From Rhizaria sp. SCN 62-66 (Eukaryota): a stretch of 54,396 nucleotides of DNA. The first letter of the stretch is position 1. Each line of letters starts with the position of its first letter. The stretch lies in NCBI GenBank assembly GCA_001724265.1, contig MEDY01000195.1:1-54396 (forward strand), written 5' to 3'. Below the pieces are notes generated by a model. That model was not told the origin of the DNA. It worked only from the letters and a program-made list of their open reading frames with translations, and made no database searches. Position numbers and translations under genes: made by a program. Below, in pieces: positions 26,301 to 39,200 of this stretch.

Positions 26301-27964
26301 GCTCGCGCCGGCCGCGGCCAGCAACACCGACAGCGCCATGGGCGCCGCAGCGGCGGGCAGAGCGGCCACGCTTGCCGAGAGCGAGACCGCGGCCTCGGGC
26401 AGTAGCGCCGCGGGCGTCACGCTCGCGAAGGCGGGCGCGGCTGCGGGCGGCAGTGCGATCGCGGGCACAGTCACGCTCGTCGCATTCGCATTCGCACTTG
26501 GACTCGCACTCGCCGCCGCCGCTGCAGCTGCAGTGGTCTTGGGGGAGGCGCGGGAACGCTTCTTAGTGCCGGCGTTTTTGTCGCTCGTCGAGTTGACAGC
26601 GGCGTTGGCGGCATCCGCGGCGTTGGCGGCGCCGGTGAGGCCGGCCTCGACAGCCGACTTGGCGGCGCCGAGCGCGAGCGAGAGCGGGAGCTGGCCGTCG
26701 GTGGCCATGCCGTTGACGTTCGAGTGCGCGGCAACGAGCAGCGGGACCAACCAGAAAGACTGCGGCAGCACCACGGACGGCGTCGTCACCGTCGCGGCGA
26801 CCGTTTGCACAGGCTCCGCAGCCTCAGTGGACTCAGTGGGCTCGATGGTCTGCTTAGACTTGCCGCGAGCAGCGCCCTTCTTGGTCTTCGTTGTGGTCCC
26901 TGGAGCAGCACCCGTGGCGGGTTCTGACGCCGGCGTGGTGACGGTCGTCGTGGTGACTGTGCGAAGCATGGTCATTTCGCCCGACAGCCGCACGGCCTCG
27001 TGCAGCGCAGTGAGCCCCTCCTTGCTCTTGGCGTGCACCAGCGCCTCGCCGCCGACGCTCAGCGCGGGCGGGAAGCGGTGCAGGTAGTGCGCCGGGCTGG
27101 GGGTGTCGGTGTTGGGCAGGGCGAGCGTCTCGCGACGCGTGGTGAAATACAGCGCCTGCGCGCGCTGCCGGTACAGCGCGGCGTCGAACAGCGCGTCCAC
27201 CGACGGGTAGAAGGCATCGCTGGCGGCAACGGCGTAGCGCTTGCTCCAAGCTGCGATCTCGGCGGGCGCCAGGTACGGCGCGAGCAGATGCGTCATGAAG
27301 GCAAGCTGCACTGCGGCCACCGTGAGCGCACGCGGCGCGGCGCGCGTCTGCAGGTGCTGGCAGTAGAAGAGGCAGTAGCGCGAGAGCGCCTCGGAGCGGC
27401 CCAACATGTCTTCCGTCAGCGCGAGCGTGAGGCCGAGCGCGATCTGTGACGGCAGCGTGAGCGCGCGGTAGCTCACGCCGAGCCCACCGCTCCGGGCCGC
27501 CTGCGCGATCTGCACGCCGCTGTTGCTGTCGCTACCGTCGAGACTGCTACCGGCGCGGGGTGGCGCCACCAGCGCAGACGCGTCCTTGACGTCGCTGGCG
27601 CTGTCACCAGCCTCAGCGTCAGCGTCAGCGTCGGCCTTCGTCCCGGTCTCGGTGTCGGCGTTAGCGGCCGCGGTGAGACTGCGAGTGGCGGCCGGGAGCG
27701 CAGCCGGGCCAGCCCCGGCCTCCGTCTGCAGCTGCTGCTGCGGATTGGCCCCCGCGCCGAGCGCGACGGCGACGTAAGGCGGCGGCAGCGGCCGCAGCGG
27801 CGTCACGGGCCGCGTCTCGACCGGCGGCCGGATGCCCGGCGTGTATGCGTCGAAGCGCAGCGAGTCGTCGTCCTGGTCAGTCTTGTGCCGGTTGTAGCTG
27901 ATCGGATGCACCGACACGCCCGCGTTGTGGAAGAACGCGCTGCCGTCGCGCGCGTTGTTCTTCA

Positions 27965-28004
<40 letters not shown>

Positions 28005-29786
28005 ATCGGCGGGAGCGTCGGTGCCCACCTCTGCGCCGGCAAGCGCGGGCCCGTTGCCGCCCGGAGGGGGCATGACGGGTGCCCTCGGGCCGCCGGCGCC
28101 GCCGTCGTCGGCGACGGCCTTGTTGACGGTCACAGTCACCACGGCCGTCTTGGGCTGCCGTTCCATGAAATTGATCACGTAGTGCTGCTGCACCTCCGGC
28201 TCCTGCGTGTGCTCTTCGCTCTGCTCGCCGTCCTTGTCCTGCGACAACTGCGCCTGCCGCTGCTGCAGCAGCTGCTGCTGCTGTAAATCGTACAGCGCGC
28301 GCGGCTTCCGCGGCTCTTTGGGGGGCTCGACCAGCCTCTCCACGACGTCGTTCTGCGGCTCCAGCGGCATCAGCCCCGCAACCCAGCGCTGCGTGCGCCG
28401 CGCCAGCGCCGCCTCTGCCGCGGCCGCGACCTCGCCGGCACGCTCGGTGCGCTCGCCGGCCGAGGCCGCGGCCTCGCGCAGCGCCGCCACAGCCTCGGCG
28501 ACGGCGGCGGGCGCGGGGCGGTCTTGGGCCACGGCGGCCTTGACGACGATGTGCAGCGCCGTGTCGCCGTTGCCGTCGTGCTCCAGCTCCGTCGCGCGGC
28601 TGTACTGCAGCAGCAGGCGCGCGATGGTGACGGCATGGCCCACGCGCAGCGCGGCGTCAGCGCTACGGTGCGCCGTGCCGCCGCCCGAGGTTGCCACCGT
28701 CACCGCGACCGTCAGCAGCGACGTGGGGGCCACAGGGAACCGCCGCGGGACCAGCGCGGGCGCGGCGTCGGCCGCCATGGCCACGGCAGCGCCAGTGTCG
28801 GCATCAGCCTTAGCGTTAGAGTCAGCAGCGTTTGCAGCGGGCTTGGCGGGGACGAGCGCGTTGTCGGGGTGGAAGAGCACGCCGTGGAGCGCGGCGCGCG
28901 TGTGCGGCGAGGGTAGTCCGACGCGGTCGGCGGTCGTGGCCAGCGCCAGGGAGGCGAGCGCGTGGCAGTCCTGCAGCAGGCACGCGAGATACATAAGCAC
29001 GTAGGGCTCCGTGCGCAGCGACAGGGAGGCCGCGCAATGCGCGAAGTCAAACGCGTGCGCCGCGGGCAGCGTCAGCGACGACGGCGGCTTGCCAGGCGTC
29101 GCGCTACTGCTGCTGCTGCTGCTGGTTATGTTTGCGTTTGCGCCATTGGCGAGCGCGGTGAGGGTCTCCTTGAGGCAGTCGATCGCGGTCTGCATCAGGA
29201 ACTCGGGCATCAGCACCACGCGGTGCAGCGCGTTCGCTTCCACAAACGCGCCGCTGCCCGCGCCAGAGACCGCGTCCGTGCTAGGGCTCGCCGCCTCGGA
29301 CTGGCCATGAGGGGCCTCGGCAGAGTCAGGGGACGCGGCGGCCTCCTCGGCGGGCGCGCGGTCCGCGTCGGTGGCCTTCGCGAGGGGCGTCTTGGTGTAC
29401 TGCGGCTGCCTCGCCGCGGTAGGGGCGCTGGACAGCCAGATGCGCGCGAGCTCGCCGCCGGCGTCGGTGATGTGCTGGCGGCGAGTCGTGTAGCGGAGCG
29501 ACGGCGGCTGCGGCTGACTGGCAGCAGCTGCGCTGTCGGCAGCGGTGTTGAGCGGTGATGCCGCCTGCTGCTGCAGCTGCGCCGCCGGCAGATCAGCAGA
29601 GGCATTATCGTCATCATGCGGCAACGACGATGACGAAAACAAGCTATGCTGGGTGTGCAGCAGCGCCTGGTGCGCCAGAGCCTGCGGAGGGCGCTGGGGC
29701 TGCTGCAGGGCGCTTGCGAGCGAGGCAGGCAGCGCCGGGAGGACCGCGCCGGGCACGGCCCGCGAGATGCGGGAAATGGCACGCAT
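11343..29786 (-). CDS. Giant (~5,867 aa) Ala/Ser-rich protein with dispersed ankyrin repeats and a possible mitochondrial-type presequence
   Basis: Six exons 29786-26065, 25884-25684, 25551-20490, 20347-18813, 18643-14887, 14669-11343 splice in frame (17,604 nt); stop is TGA. Ankyrin-like motifs: DGNGDTALHIVV, SKEGLTALHEAV, TDGQLPLSLAL, LLHAAARWNDPVLLRFLL, DLDGQTPLIIAL...LLAAGA, DSRGRAPLQDTV...LLALGADP. Confidence 0.75.
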
Positions 29787-30258
29787 GCGTAGCCCACGAT
29801 TAACGCGCGTGCGGCGCGCAGGAGCGAGTGAAGGGGCACTGAGTGGCCGGTGTCGGGAACGCGCGGGTTGAGCGGGACAAAAGTCTTCCGCGAGTGAGGA
29901 AGGAAGGTTGCCTAAAAGCGGGGTTAAACAAGTTGATTGAGGTAATTAATGAAGGGTATTATACGCCGTTAAAATTCAAAGTTAAGTTCAATTGATAGTC
30001 GCTATCCACGATTGCAAGATGAGACACGCAGGTGTTTTTGTTCACGGCTGGGTTGGCGTGTTAGTTGATCGGTGCTTCTCTCGTCCGAGGCACTGGGCCG
30101 AAAAAATCAGCGCGCGTAAACATATTTGGTCGCTTTCAAAGGTGATATCAGTTGCGAAAAAAATCATAGAAATATGTATTCAGTAGGGTTACTATGGTAT
30201 TATTGTTCTATCAACGTTACATTCTATGTATCCTTTGTTAGGCGGGTCATATCCCGTC

Positions 30259-33200
30259 TTATGTGCGTTTCACGTGCCCCGCTGGCGCCACCCCGCGCTC
30301 GTCCGTGGTCACCACGACGCCCGCCCAGGCCCTGGCGCGGCCCCCGGACAGCGCGGACACGCAGCCGCAGCTGCACCTACTGTCGCTGCGATCGGCAGCG
30401 CTGTCGTCTCTGAGCGTAGCCGTCGCATCGGCCACTGCCCGGAGACCCGCGACGACAGCCGGGTCATCCACTCCGGCATGAGAACTTGCGCTCGCGCTCG
30501 CACTCGGTTGTTGCTGCTGCTGCTGTTGCTGCTGAGGCGTCTTGTCGGCCAGCGTCGCCAGCGGGGGCACCGCGGTGACGGCGAGCAGCAGCGCGTTGCC
30601 GGTGACAGTGCCGTCGACCGCCGCGGCGCGCACGTCTTTGATCAGGCCGCACGCGCATGCACAAGCGCCGCTCTTGCCACCGCTGCCGCCGCTGCTGCTG
30701 CTGCCGCTGCTGTTGACTGTGTTGTCGCTGATGTTGAGCCTTTGCGCCATCAGCGTCTTCATCGTGTTGGTCCTGAGGTACGCCCCGCCCCGCTCGTCGG
30801 CGTAGCCCAGGGCCACCGCCGCGGGGGCCAGCAACAGCCGCCGGTCCACGCCCAGGCCCCACACGCGGCCTAACTTCGGGCGCCAGACGCCCCCCGCGGC
30901 CCCACTGCCATACTGAGCGGTATCAACCTGCGCACTGTGACCGTGACTGTACGCACTCGCACTGCCGCCAGCGCCGCTGCCGCCGTGGCTGCTGACGCTG
31001 CTGTTGTAGTTGTAGTAGACGCCGTTGGTGACGAGCACGGCGACGCCGCACTCGCGGGCGATGCGGTGCAGCAGTGCGGTCACCGCGGTAACGAGGAGAG
31101 ACACGCGCGCCGCCGAGCGCATCACGACGTCGCCGGCGGCGGTGGCGGAGACCAGGCGCACCGCGTGCATGGGGGGCTTGGCAGGGCTACTCGCATTCGC
31201 ACTCGCACTGCTGTCGGCGGTTGCGCTGGCGTTGGCCGCCACGCTAGGGTTGGGCAGCCCAGTGATGGTGGTGTAGAAAACGCTGGTGTCGATGGGCCGG
31301 CCGATCTCGCGCCGGCGCTCCTCAGCCGCAGCCTCGGCGATGCCGTGAGCCAGAATCGCGCCCGTCGCCGCAAACACACGGTCCAGACAGGGCAGCACCA
31401 GCAGCGCCACGGGGGGACGCGGCTGCGCACCGGTCCGTGGCTGCTGCAGTGAAGCCTCGCGTTGCAGTTGTTGGCCAGGCTGTGTAGTGCTATTGGGCGC
31501 AGACACAATCGCACCGAGCGTGGCAGCGGTGGCGGCGGCGGCGCCCACGGCCCGACCCCATTCGCGGCGCGCGCGCAGCAGCGTGCGGTGCGTGTGCGTC
31601 AGCAGCGATAATAGCGCAAAGGGCGTCGCTACCGGGGCAACCTCGATGCGGGACAGCGTGGAGCCGAGGCCGGCGGGCAGACGTGCTGCGACTGCGGCGC
31701 CGGACTGCACAGCGGCAGTCGCACTCGTCGCGTTCGGCACAGCACTGGCGCTGGCACTGGCACTCGATGAAGCAGAGTGAGAGCTCAAACTTCCGAGCGC
31801 GGCGCTGGTGGCGTTGTTGCTGCTGCTTGGATTGAGGAGTGCCGAGGCAAGGCCCGATGCGAGAGTGACTGCGTGGTCTAAGGGGGTACTCAAACCCGAC
31901 TTGAAGTAAGGCCGCATCGACGCCGGGAGGAAAGACAGCCGTTGCTCAAAGCCGAGCGCCGCGCCGAGGTAGTCCGAGACTACGTTGGGGGGGCTGAGGT
32001 ACTTGGCCTGGTTATGGAGCGCTCCCGTCGACTGAGTGTAGACGAGGTCAAGAAGGTAGGCGGCTAAGTAGGTCTCTGAGGGGACGTCTAAAGGCTTTGT
32101 GAGCCGAGGCCACACATCAGCCGCATGAAGCATCGGCACATCAACAACGCTTGAGCTCCCACTGTGGCGTATCTCGGCGTCACCGCCGTCTACCTTAGTC
32201 TTATCGTCACCGTCGGTGAGGCCAGAGACCGGGACGGCAGTCGTCGCCGTCCCACGGCCACTCGAGTCCACAGCCACGCCCAGCGAGTCGCCAGCGCGAG
32301 CACCGCTGCTACTAGATGCGATGTCCTTTGCCTCGCTCGGCTGCTGAGAAGTCGCTGGCGGAAGAACGCTGTGAGACGAGCGAGAGATGCGGACAGACAT
32401 GACAGCTCCGCCCCCACTGCGAGGGCGCTGCTGCTTCTGCTGCTGCTCATGTTGTTGCGGCGAGCGTTGGGACCGCAACTCTTGCTCTCGCTGCAGTAAC
32501 GACTGTGACAGAGGCTGGGCATTCGACTGCCACCGTGTCCGTGGCAGCTGAGACTGTCGCGTCTGAGAGCTCTGCTTGTTATCTTCAGCGGCCTCGTCGT
32601 CAGAGTTGTCCTTCATGTCACGGTCAAAATCACTGGCAGGCTGCTGGGCACCGAAACCAGCCTTCGACTGCGCGGTAACGACTGAGGGCGCGGGTAGCAG
32701 CGGCAAGTCAATCATCTCTGGCGACTTCGGCCGCGCTACTGGCGGGGCCTCTGCCGCAATGGGCTGAACTTGCGAGGCTGTGACGTCATCGCCAGCGCGC
32801 CCACTGCTTGCGCTGTCACTGCTACTGCCACTGCTGCTCACAGTCATTAGCACACCGTCGTGCACTGCATTAGCACGCAAGCTCGCTGCACGCATGTCAG
32901 CGCTCTCAGCAGCTGCAGGCGCGCTGCTTACAGCAGGGCTGCTCTCTGCAGTGCTCTGCTGCGCCTGCGTCTGCGCGGCGCTGGTGACCGCAGTCTGTGC
33001 CGGGCCACGCGAACGGTTCATCTGCACGCGCACCGCTTTCGATGACCCTGACGTTGCTAGCACAGCCGCAACGTCGGTGACGCCGATGACCACGATGCTT
33101 GCCGCGGGCGATGCCACGGGTGCGCTTTCGACGCCATCGTGCAACTGCTGCTTCTGCGCAGGCTGAGACTGAGACTGCGACTGAGCGTCCTTCTGCCGGG

Positions 33201-36200
33201 ACGGACGGCGCGATGGCGACTGGGAGTAGCGGTACAGCTTGTCCCTCTGTGACAGCATAGCGCTACTCTGCACGTCGCCCGTGTAGGAGCCTCCTTGATT
33301 CAGCATCAGTCTCTCTGAAGCAGACGCTGGTAGTGGAGGAGAGGAGACAAACGCCGCAGCACCCAGCGTCACAGCAGCAACGACAACCCTGCTCTCGCCG
33401 CTTTCCGAGTCAGAACCGAGGAGATCGCTCCCTCCGCTGCGCGACTGCGAGAGTTGCGCCTCTTGCTGCTGTCGCGCATGCTCTTGCGACATGATGAGCT
33501 GCTGCGCCTGCTGTTGCGACAGCAGAGTCTTCGATTGCGACAGCAGCTGCTCGACAGCTCCGCCGTTGCTACTGGTACGCGTGGTCTGCGGTGCCGTGGA
33601 AGCGCTGCCTGCGGCAGGAACGCGAGGGCGTGGGGGCAAATAAAGCGCTTGTGACAGCACATGTAGCCCGGCCGTCTTGGAACCGTTATCGTAAGCAGAG
33701 GCGCTGTTGTTGCTCGATTGACGTTGCGAAAGTAACGTTGCATGTTGTCTTTGGCTTTGCAGCTGCGGCGAAAGCTGAGGCGGCTTCGCATCTGAGCGCG
33801 ACTTGACTTCGCGGGCAACGGCAGCAGCACTACGTTCGACGGTCATGCTGAGCACAGTCTGCCTCTGGGCCGGAGACAGATGGGTTCCGCTCTGCTGCTG
33901 CGAAAGCATCCGCTGCGACATCGACAATGACCATGACAGTGAACGCGACTGTTGCTGCTGCTGTGAGAGCAAACTCGCACTTGCACTGGCGCTTGCACCG
34001 CCCGAATGGGACTGATGCTGCTGCAGCGAATGCTGCGAGAGAAAGCTCGTGACCGCGGCCATGTCCTGCGTCAGGTCACGGGTTCCAGCGGTTACCGTCG
34101 TGTGCAGCCGGACCAGCGGCACGTCCTCCTCCTGCCCCTCGCCGTACTCGACGCTGCCCTCCAGGTCGCCCCCGAGCGACTGCTCCTGCTCCAGCTCCAG
34201 CTGCGCGGAGCTCGCATGCGCACTTGCGCCTGCGCCTGCACGAGTGTTGGCAATGACTCTACTCCGAGTGGTTAGTGCCGCGGCCTCGGCTGAGAGCGGC
34301 TCAGGTGAAGCAAGCTGCACAAGCCTCTCACGCCCACGCTCACGATTAACTGTGACAGCGCCCCGGTTCATGTTGGCGCCTACGCTGGCTTGTTGACTCG
34401 GCACAGACTGCACGTGCAAGAATGCACTCAAAATCGGATTGCTGCGAGTCGGCTTAACCTTCACTGAACGCGGACTTCCGCGCTTCGCCTTTGGTTGCTG
34501 TTGCTGCTGCATTTCGTGCTGCTGCTGCTGCTGCCGCCACAGCCTCTGCTGCTCCTGCCGCAGCCGCGCTTCCTCGCGGCTCGACTGCGCAGCAGACTGC
34601 GAGAGCAAGGCAGACTCAGATTGGGACAGCAACAGTGACTCTGACTGGGACAGCTCAAATGCAGCGGAGTCAGCGCTCGCAGTAACATCGATGGGATTAG
34701 CTAGAGCAGCAGTTGTTGTTTCCGCCGATGCTAGCGGCGTCACTTCAAGAGCCAAGTCCTCATCAGCGTCTCCATTAGCAGTGTTGGCGTTGTTGTTAGC
34801 AACGCCATCGCTATCAGTCATCGCAAAGGCGGCTTTAGGACTGGTCATGTTGTTGTTGATCACGTTGTCGTCATTGATGTCAAGACTGATGTCGATAGCG
34901 CCCTCATCGTCAATGACAACGTCACTGCCATCATCATCGCCACCCGTGGTGCTCCAGCGCGTGATCCCTGCGGGCGCGGTGCTGCCACGAGGAGTACTAG
35001 CGTTGCGCGGCACGGGTGACGTAAGACTGAGACTGATCTCGTTGTTGGTTTCATCGTCAATAGCTATGACATCGCTGTCTGGATGCTGATGAAGAGCTGG
35101 TGTTTGAGTCACAGGAGTCGACGTGGCAGAGACAGGACTGATAATCACGTTGTTGCTTTCATCATCATCGTAAGATGCAAGAAGCCCAGCTGCATCTACA
35201 GGCTCAGACTTTACAGCAGAAGTCGGCGAGTGCACAAATGTTGCAACAGTCGCTGCCAGATGCAAGGGGATAGTCGGCTTAACTTTTGCAGCGGCTTGAC
35301 TTTCGAACGAATGGCGCCAGGCGTCGAGGACACGCTTGCCTCGTTCTTGATCATCCCCACCAGCAGCAGAGCCGGCGCGTGCCTTGGGGCGATCATTGTC
35401 TCTCACGCTCATACTTGCTGGGAAGCTCACACTCTCGAGAGAAGCATCGATGCCAGCAGCAGTTGCAGCAGCGGTGGCAGCGTTAAATAGGTCCGTTGCA
35501 AGGTCGCTTGATGCGGTGCCTGAGGCCGTCTTGGAGTCCAGGTATAAACTGCTTTGAGTTAGAAGCTCCTCGGGTGTCACCGTAAGCAAACCAACCTTGC
35601 TTGCGACAGTAACCGCAGCAGTTGCAGCAGTCAACCGTTCGTTGGCCAAGCGCCGATCAGCACTGACGTTGGGCGATGCAGCATCAGCTTTCGGGAACGT
35701 AATTTCGTCAAAGCTCGCCACCGCTGCGTCCGCTTCGACACGGACGACAGCAGCCGTGTCATTGTCGCTATCCGTACCGCTGCCATCGGGGTCGTCACCC
35801 CCGTCGGTCATATCCATCGCGGCAGCCTTCGTGTCCGCGCTTGGGCTCCCGTGCGCACGGTGGGAGAAACGACCTGGTGACACTTGGCCGTGACTGGCAA
35901 TGGTATCACTCTGTCCGGGGATCTTGTGGGGACCGCTGGCGCCACCGCGGTCTGATTTATCGTCACGGCTTAACTTCTCGCTCAGGCCGCTGCGTCGCCG
36001 GGCCTTGCGGTCGCGCAGCAGCTGCTGATGCTGCTCCTGCTGCTGCTGCTGCCACAACACGAGCCGCTGCAGCCGCTGCGTCTCCTGGTCCCGCTCGCGG
36101 TCGTCGTGCTCCTGCTCGCGGTCATGGTCGACCTCGGAGCCACTGCGCTGCGGGTGCTGCTGGGAGTGGCGCTGGCTCCAGTGCGACTGCCCGCCTTCTT

Positions 36201-39200
36201 GGGACTGCGGTTGCTGACTGCGGACATTTGTGAACTGGGACTGCGACATCATGCTGTGTTGACTGGCGGCGGCGAGGGCTGCTTGGCTTTGCCTCACTTG
36301 GCTCTGCGCGCCAGTTTGGCCCCTCTTAGCCTGACTGGCACCAGCGACGACTTTAGCGAGAATGTGATCATCATCATCATCTTCGTCTTCTTCTTCATTG
36401 CCGTCACGGCCACTTTTCATTTCCGTACCGTTGTCGTTGTCCATGTGAACGTGATCAGGAGACGTATCAGCCTTCTCAGTCGAAAGCTTAGGATTACTGT
36501 TCCCAGGTTCAGCCGTACTGGGCTCAGTCGCGCTCGCACTTGTGTTGCGGTCTGTCATGGTCGCGGTTGCAGCTGCTGCGCTACCGACGCTGACGCGGGG
36601 CACTCTGTTCTGCTTCTGCGCGGGCAACGGAACCGTGCAAGGCAAGTAAGCACTGATCAGGGCGTCGTGCTCGCTCGCTTCGATAGCTGTATCAATTGTT
36701 GGAACAACCGATGTAGCTGACCCAGTCGCAGTTGCTGCAGTTGCCGCAGCCGCAGAAGCAACGACGGCAACATGCGCTTTCTCCCACGCCTTGAGCGCGT
36801 TCACGACAAACCCGCCGTCGCAGGCACTGTCCGCGCCAGCGTCAGCGCCCAGTGCAGCCCGCAATACAGTGGTTTTGTTCTGCGTCGTGCGTACGTCATC
36901 ACTCGTCTGCTCCACAGGATGCTGCGCAGACATGTGTTGTGTCAGCGCGCTGATCGCTTCCGTGAACTTGAACCGCATCCACTCCTCGGCCGCTGCATCG
37001 TCACCGCTGCCGGCACGATCGCTGTGAGTGTTGTCGCCTGTGGCAATCGCAAGGACCGCTGCGACCAACGCGCGCATCGAGTCGCTCTCGTCGCGCTCAC
37101 AGTCACTCGGTGTGCAACTTGCTGACTCAGCAGGCTCGCTTGACTGGGGCTGAAAGAGACCGAGAGTGGAGCCGCCGCTGCAGTCAACCCACATGACGCG
37201 CATCGGCGGCAGCGGATTCGCAACACTACCATTCACAATGACATTATTTGCGTCCATAGCGCCCGTGTCCGTGGTGCTGCCTGCGCTGGTAAGGATCGTG
37301 TCGAACGCGCGTTTGTGGCTGTAATAAGATGTGCCGAGACTGTTGCTGAGAGCCTTTGCAGTTGAAACAGTGCCTACACTGACCCCAACACCACGACTCA
37401 GAGTCGACGGGCGACGCGCAATATGAGTCTCAGACTCGTATTCATCACTCATTGTGATCAATCTCTGGCCGGTGGCAATGGGAGCCGTCGTATCAGACTC
37501 GATCTTGAAGCTGCTCTCATTGATATCCGCGTTATCACGAGTGACTGTGAGCGCAGTGACCGTGGGTCCTAGCACGGTCTCCACCCGCCGTGACGCCGCC
37601 AGCATTGCAATCTGCGCGGCTAAACATAGATGCGCGGTCCATGCCTAAATGAAAGAAAAGAGAAAGAAAAGTTGTTATGTGAGCTATAAGGATGTCATTA
37701 TAGATTTTAATAAAATTGTTCCTTGCAGCATGACAGGATGAGTCTCGTACTTGAGTGTGCGCCGGAGGGGCAAGGAGCTCGGTGATGGAGCCGGCGCGCA
37801 AACCGAAAACGCCGATATCGTGATCGTGGTGAGTAGGATCAACAAAAGTTGCACAAGATTTCGACTGCAACTGCGTCTTTGCCTCTGGCTTAGACGCATC
37901 TGGTGCAGTTGCCGTCGCAGGGACCGGCTCAGGACAATATGGCGGCAAAACGACCTTCAGCTGTTGTAGTGCCGTTTCTTGCCGCAGCTGTGGGCGGTTG
38001 CCGCTTCGGCCACCAGACGGCGACATAACAGTCAAAGGTGACTGCGAGCCATGGGCCGACTGTGTCCACAACGGAGCGAGCGACTGTGCGCGCATCAAGT
38101 GTGAGCGCATCAACTGTGAGCACACCAGCGGCTTGGCCCAGTCCAGCCTCGCGGCCTGCGCCGCCCGCGCCAGCGCCGCAGCGAGCCGCATCTGGTGTCC
38201 GTGGGCCGCGCACGGCACGGCAAGCAGGCCAGCGTCGCGGGCGCTTACGTATGCACTTCCAAAGGCACTTACATCAGCGGCACTCGCGCTAGAGACAACG
38301 AGCGGCTTGACGTCACGAGAGTCTGCGAGAGTAGTGTTCGCGGTCGCGCTTGCGTGGTCGCCGCTCATGTTGCTGTTGCGGCGGCGCAGACGCGGTTGCA
38401 GTGGGGGCGGCGGCAGAAGGTTTCGAATGAAAGCCGCGCCCGCAGCCGCTGGGTCAACCTTCACAAACGCCGCCGCTAAGCCCTTCTTCTGCCACATATG
38501 ACTGCTACCAATACTAGAACTGGTGTTTACAGTTTCGACCTTGGGCATATCTGAATGGCCAAGCGTGACCGCAGGCAATGCGCCATTGCCGCTAAATGCG
38601 AGCGCATCACCGGTGGTGGCTGCGGACCCTGTGACAACGTCGCTCACAGCGGACCGTGGGCTTGAGGACTCGAATGGCGGCTGTATCAGCAATAGAGGGG
38701 TTCGCGCGTCGATGGCGCCCGGCCGGCTAGCAACCGAGTCCACCGAGCTGCCCAGCAGAGCGTCGATGGCGCCAAAGCCGCTGCTCAGCAGCAGGGGCAG
38801 CGCGGGCAGCGGCGCCGGAGCCGGCAGCGGCACCGTCAGCACTGCCATATCAGACTCAAAGTGAGCGTGGGGCTCGGACGCGTCCGTCTTCGCGCCAGTG
38901 ACCGTGGGCACTGACTGAGCGACCGTGGGCACGAGAGCGTGTGGAGCGTAAGTACTCGCGTCAGTCTCGCACACGAAGACGCTTAGCGCCACGTCGAACG
39001 TCGTCGTAACCACGCTCGCACTGGCACCTACACTGGTCGCAGAGTTAGCGTTAGCTGAGCCGGCGACGCGACTCTCGCGCTTCGGCGGGGTGCCGCCGCG
39101 ATTCGCCGGCGACGCGTGCTTCGCAGTGTTACTTTTCCGCAGCGTGTGCACACCAGCTGCAGTCCCAGGGCCTCTGCCACTCGCGGCGACCGAGTCGATA

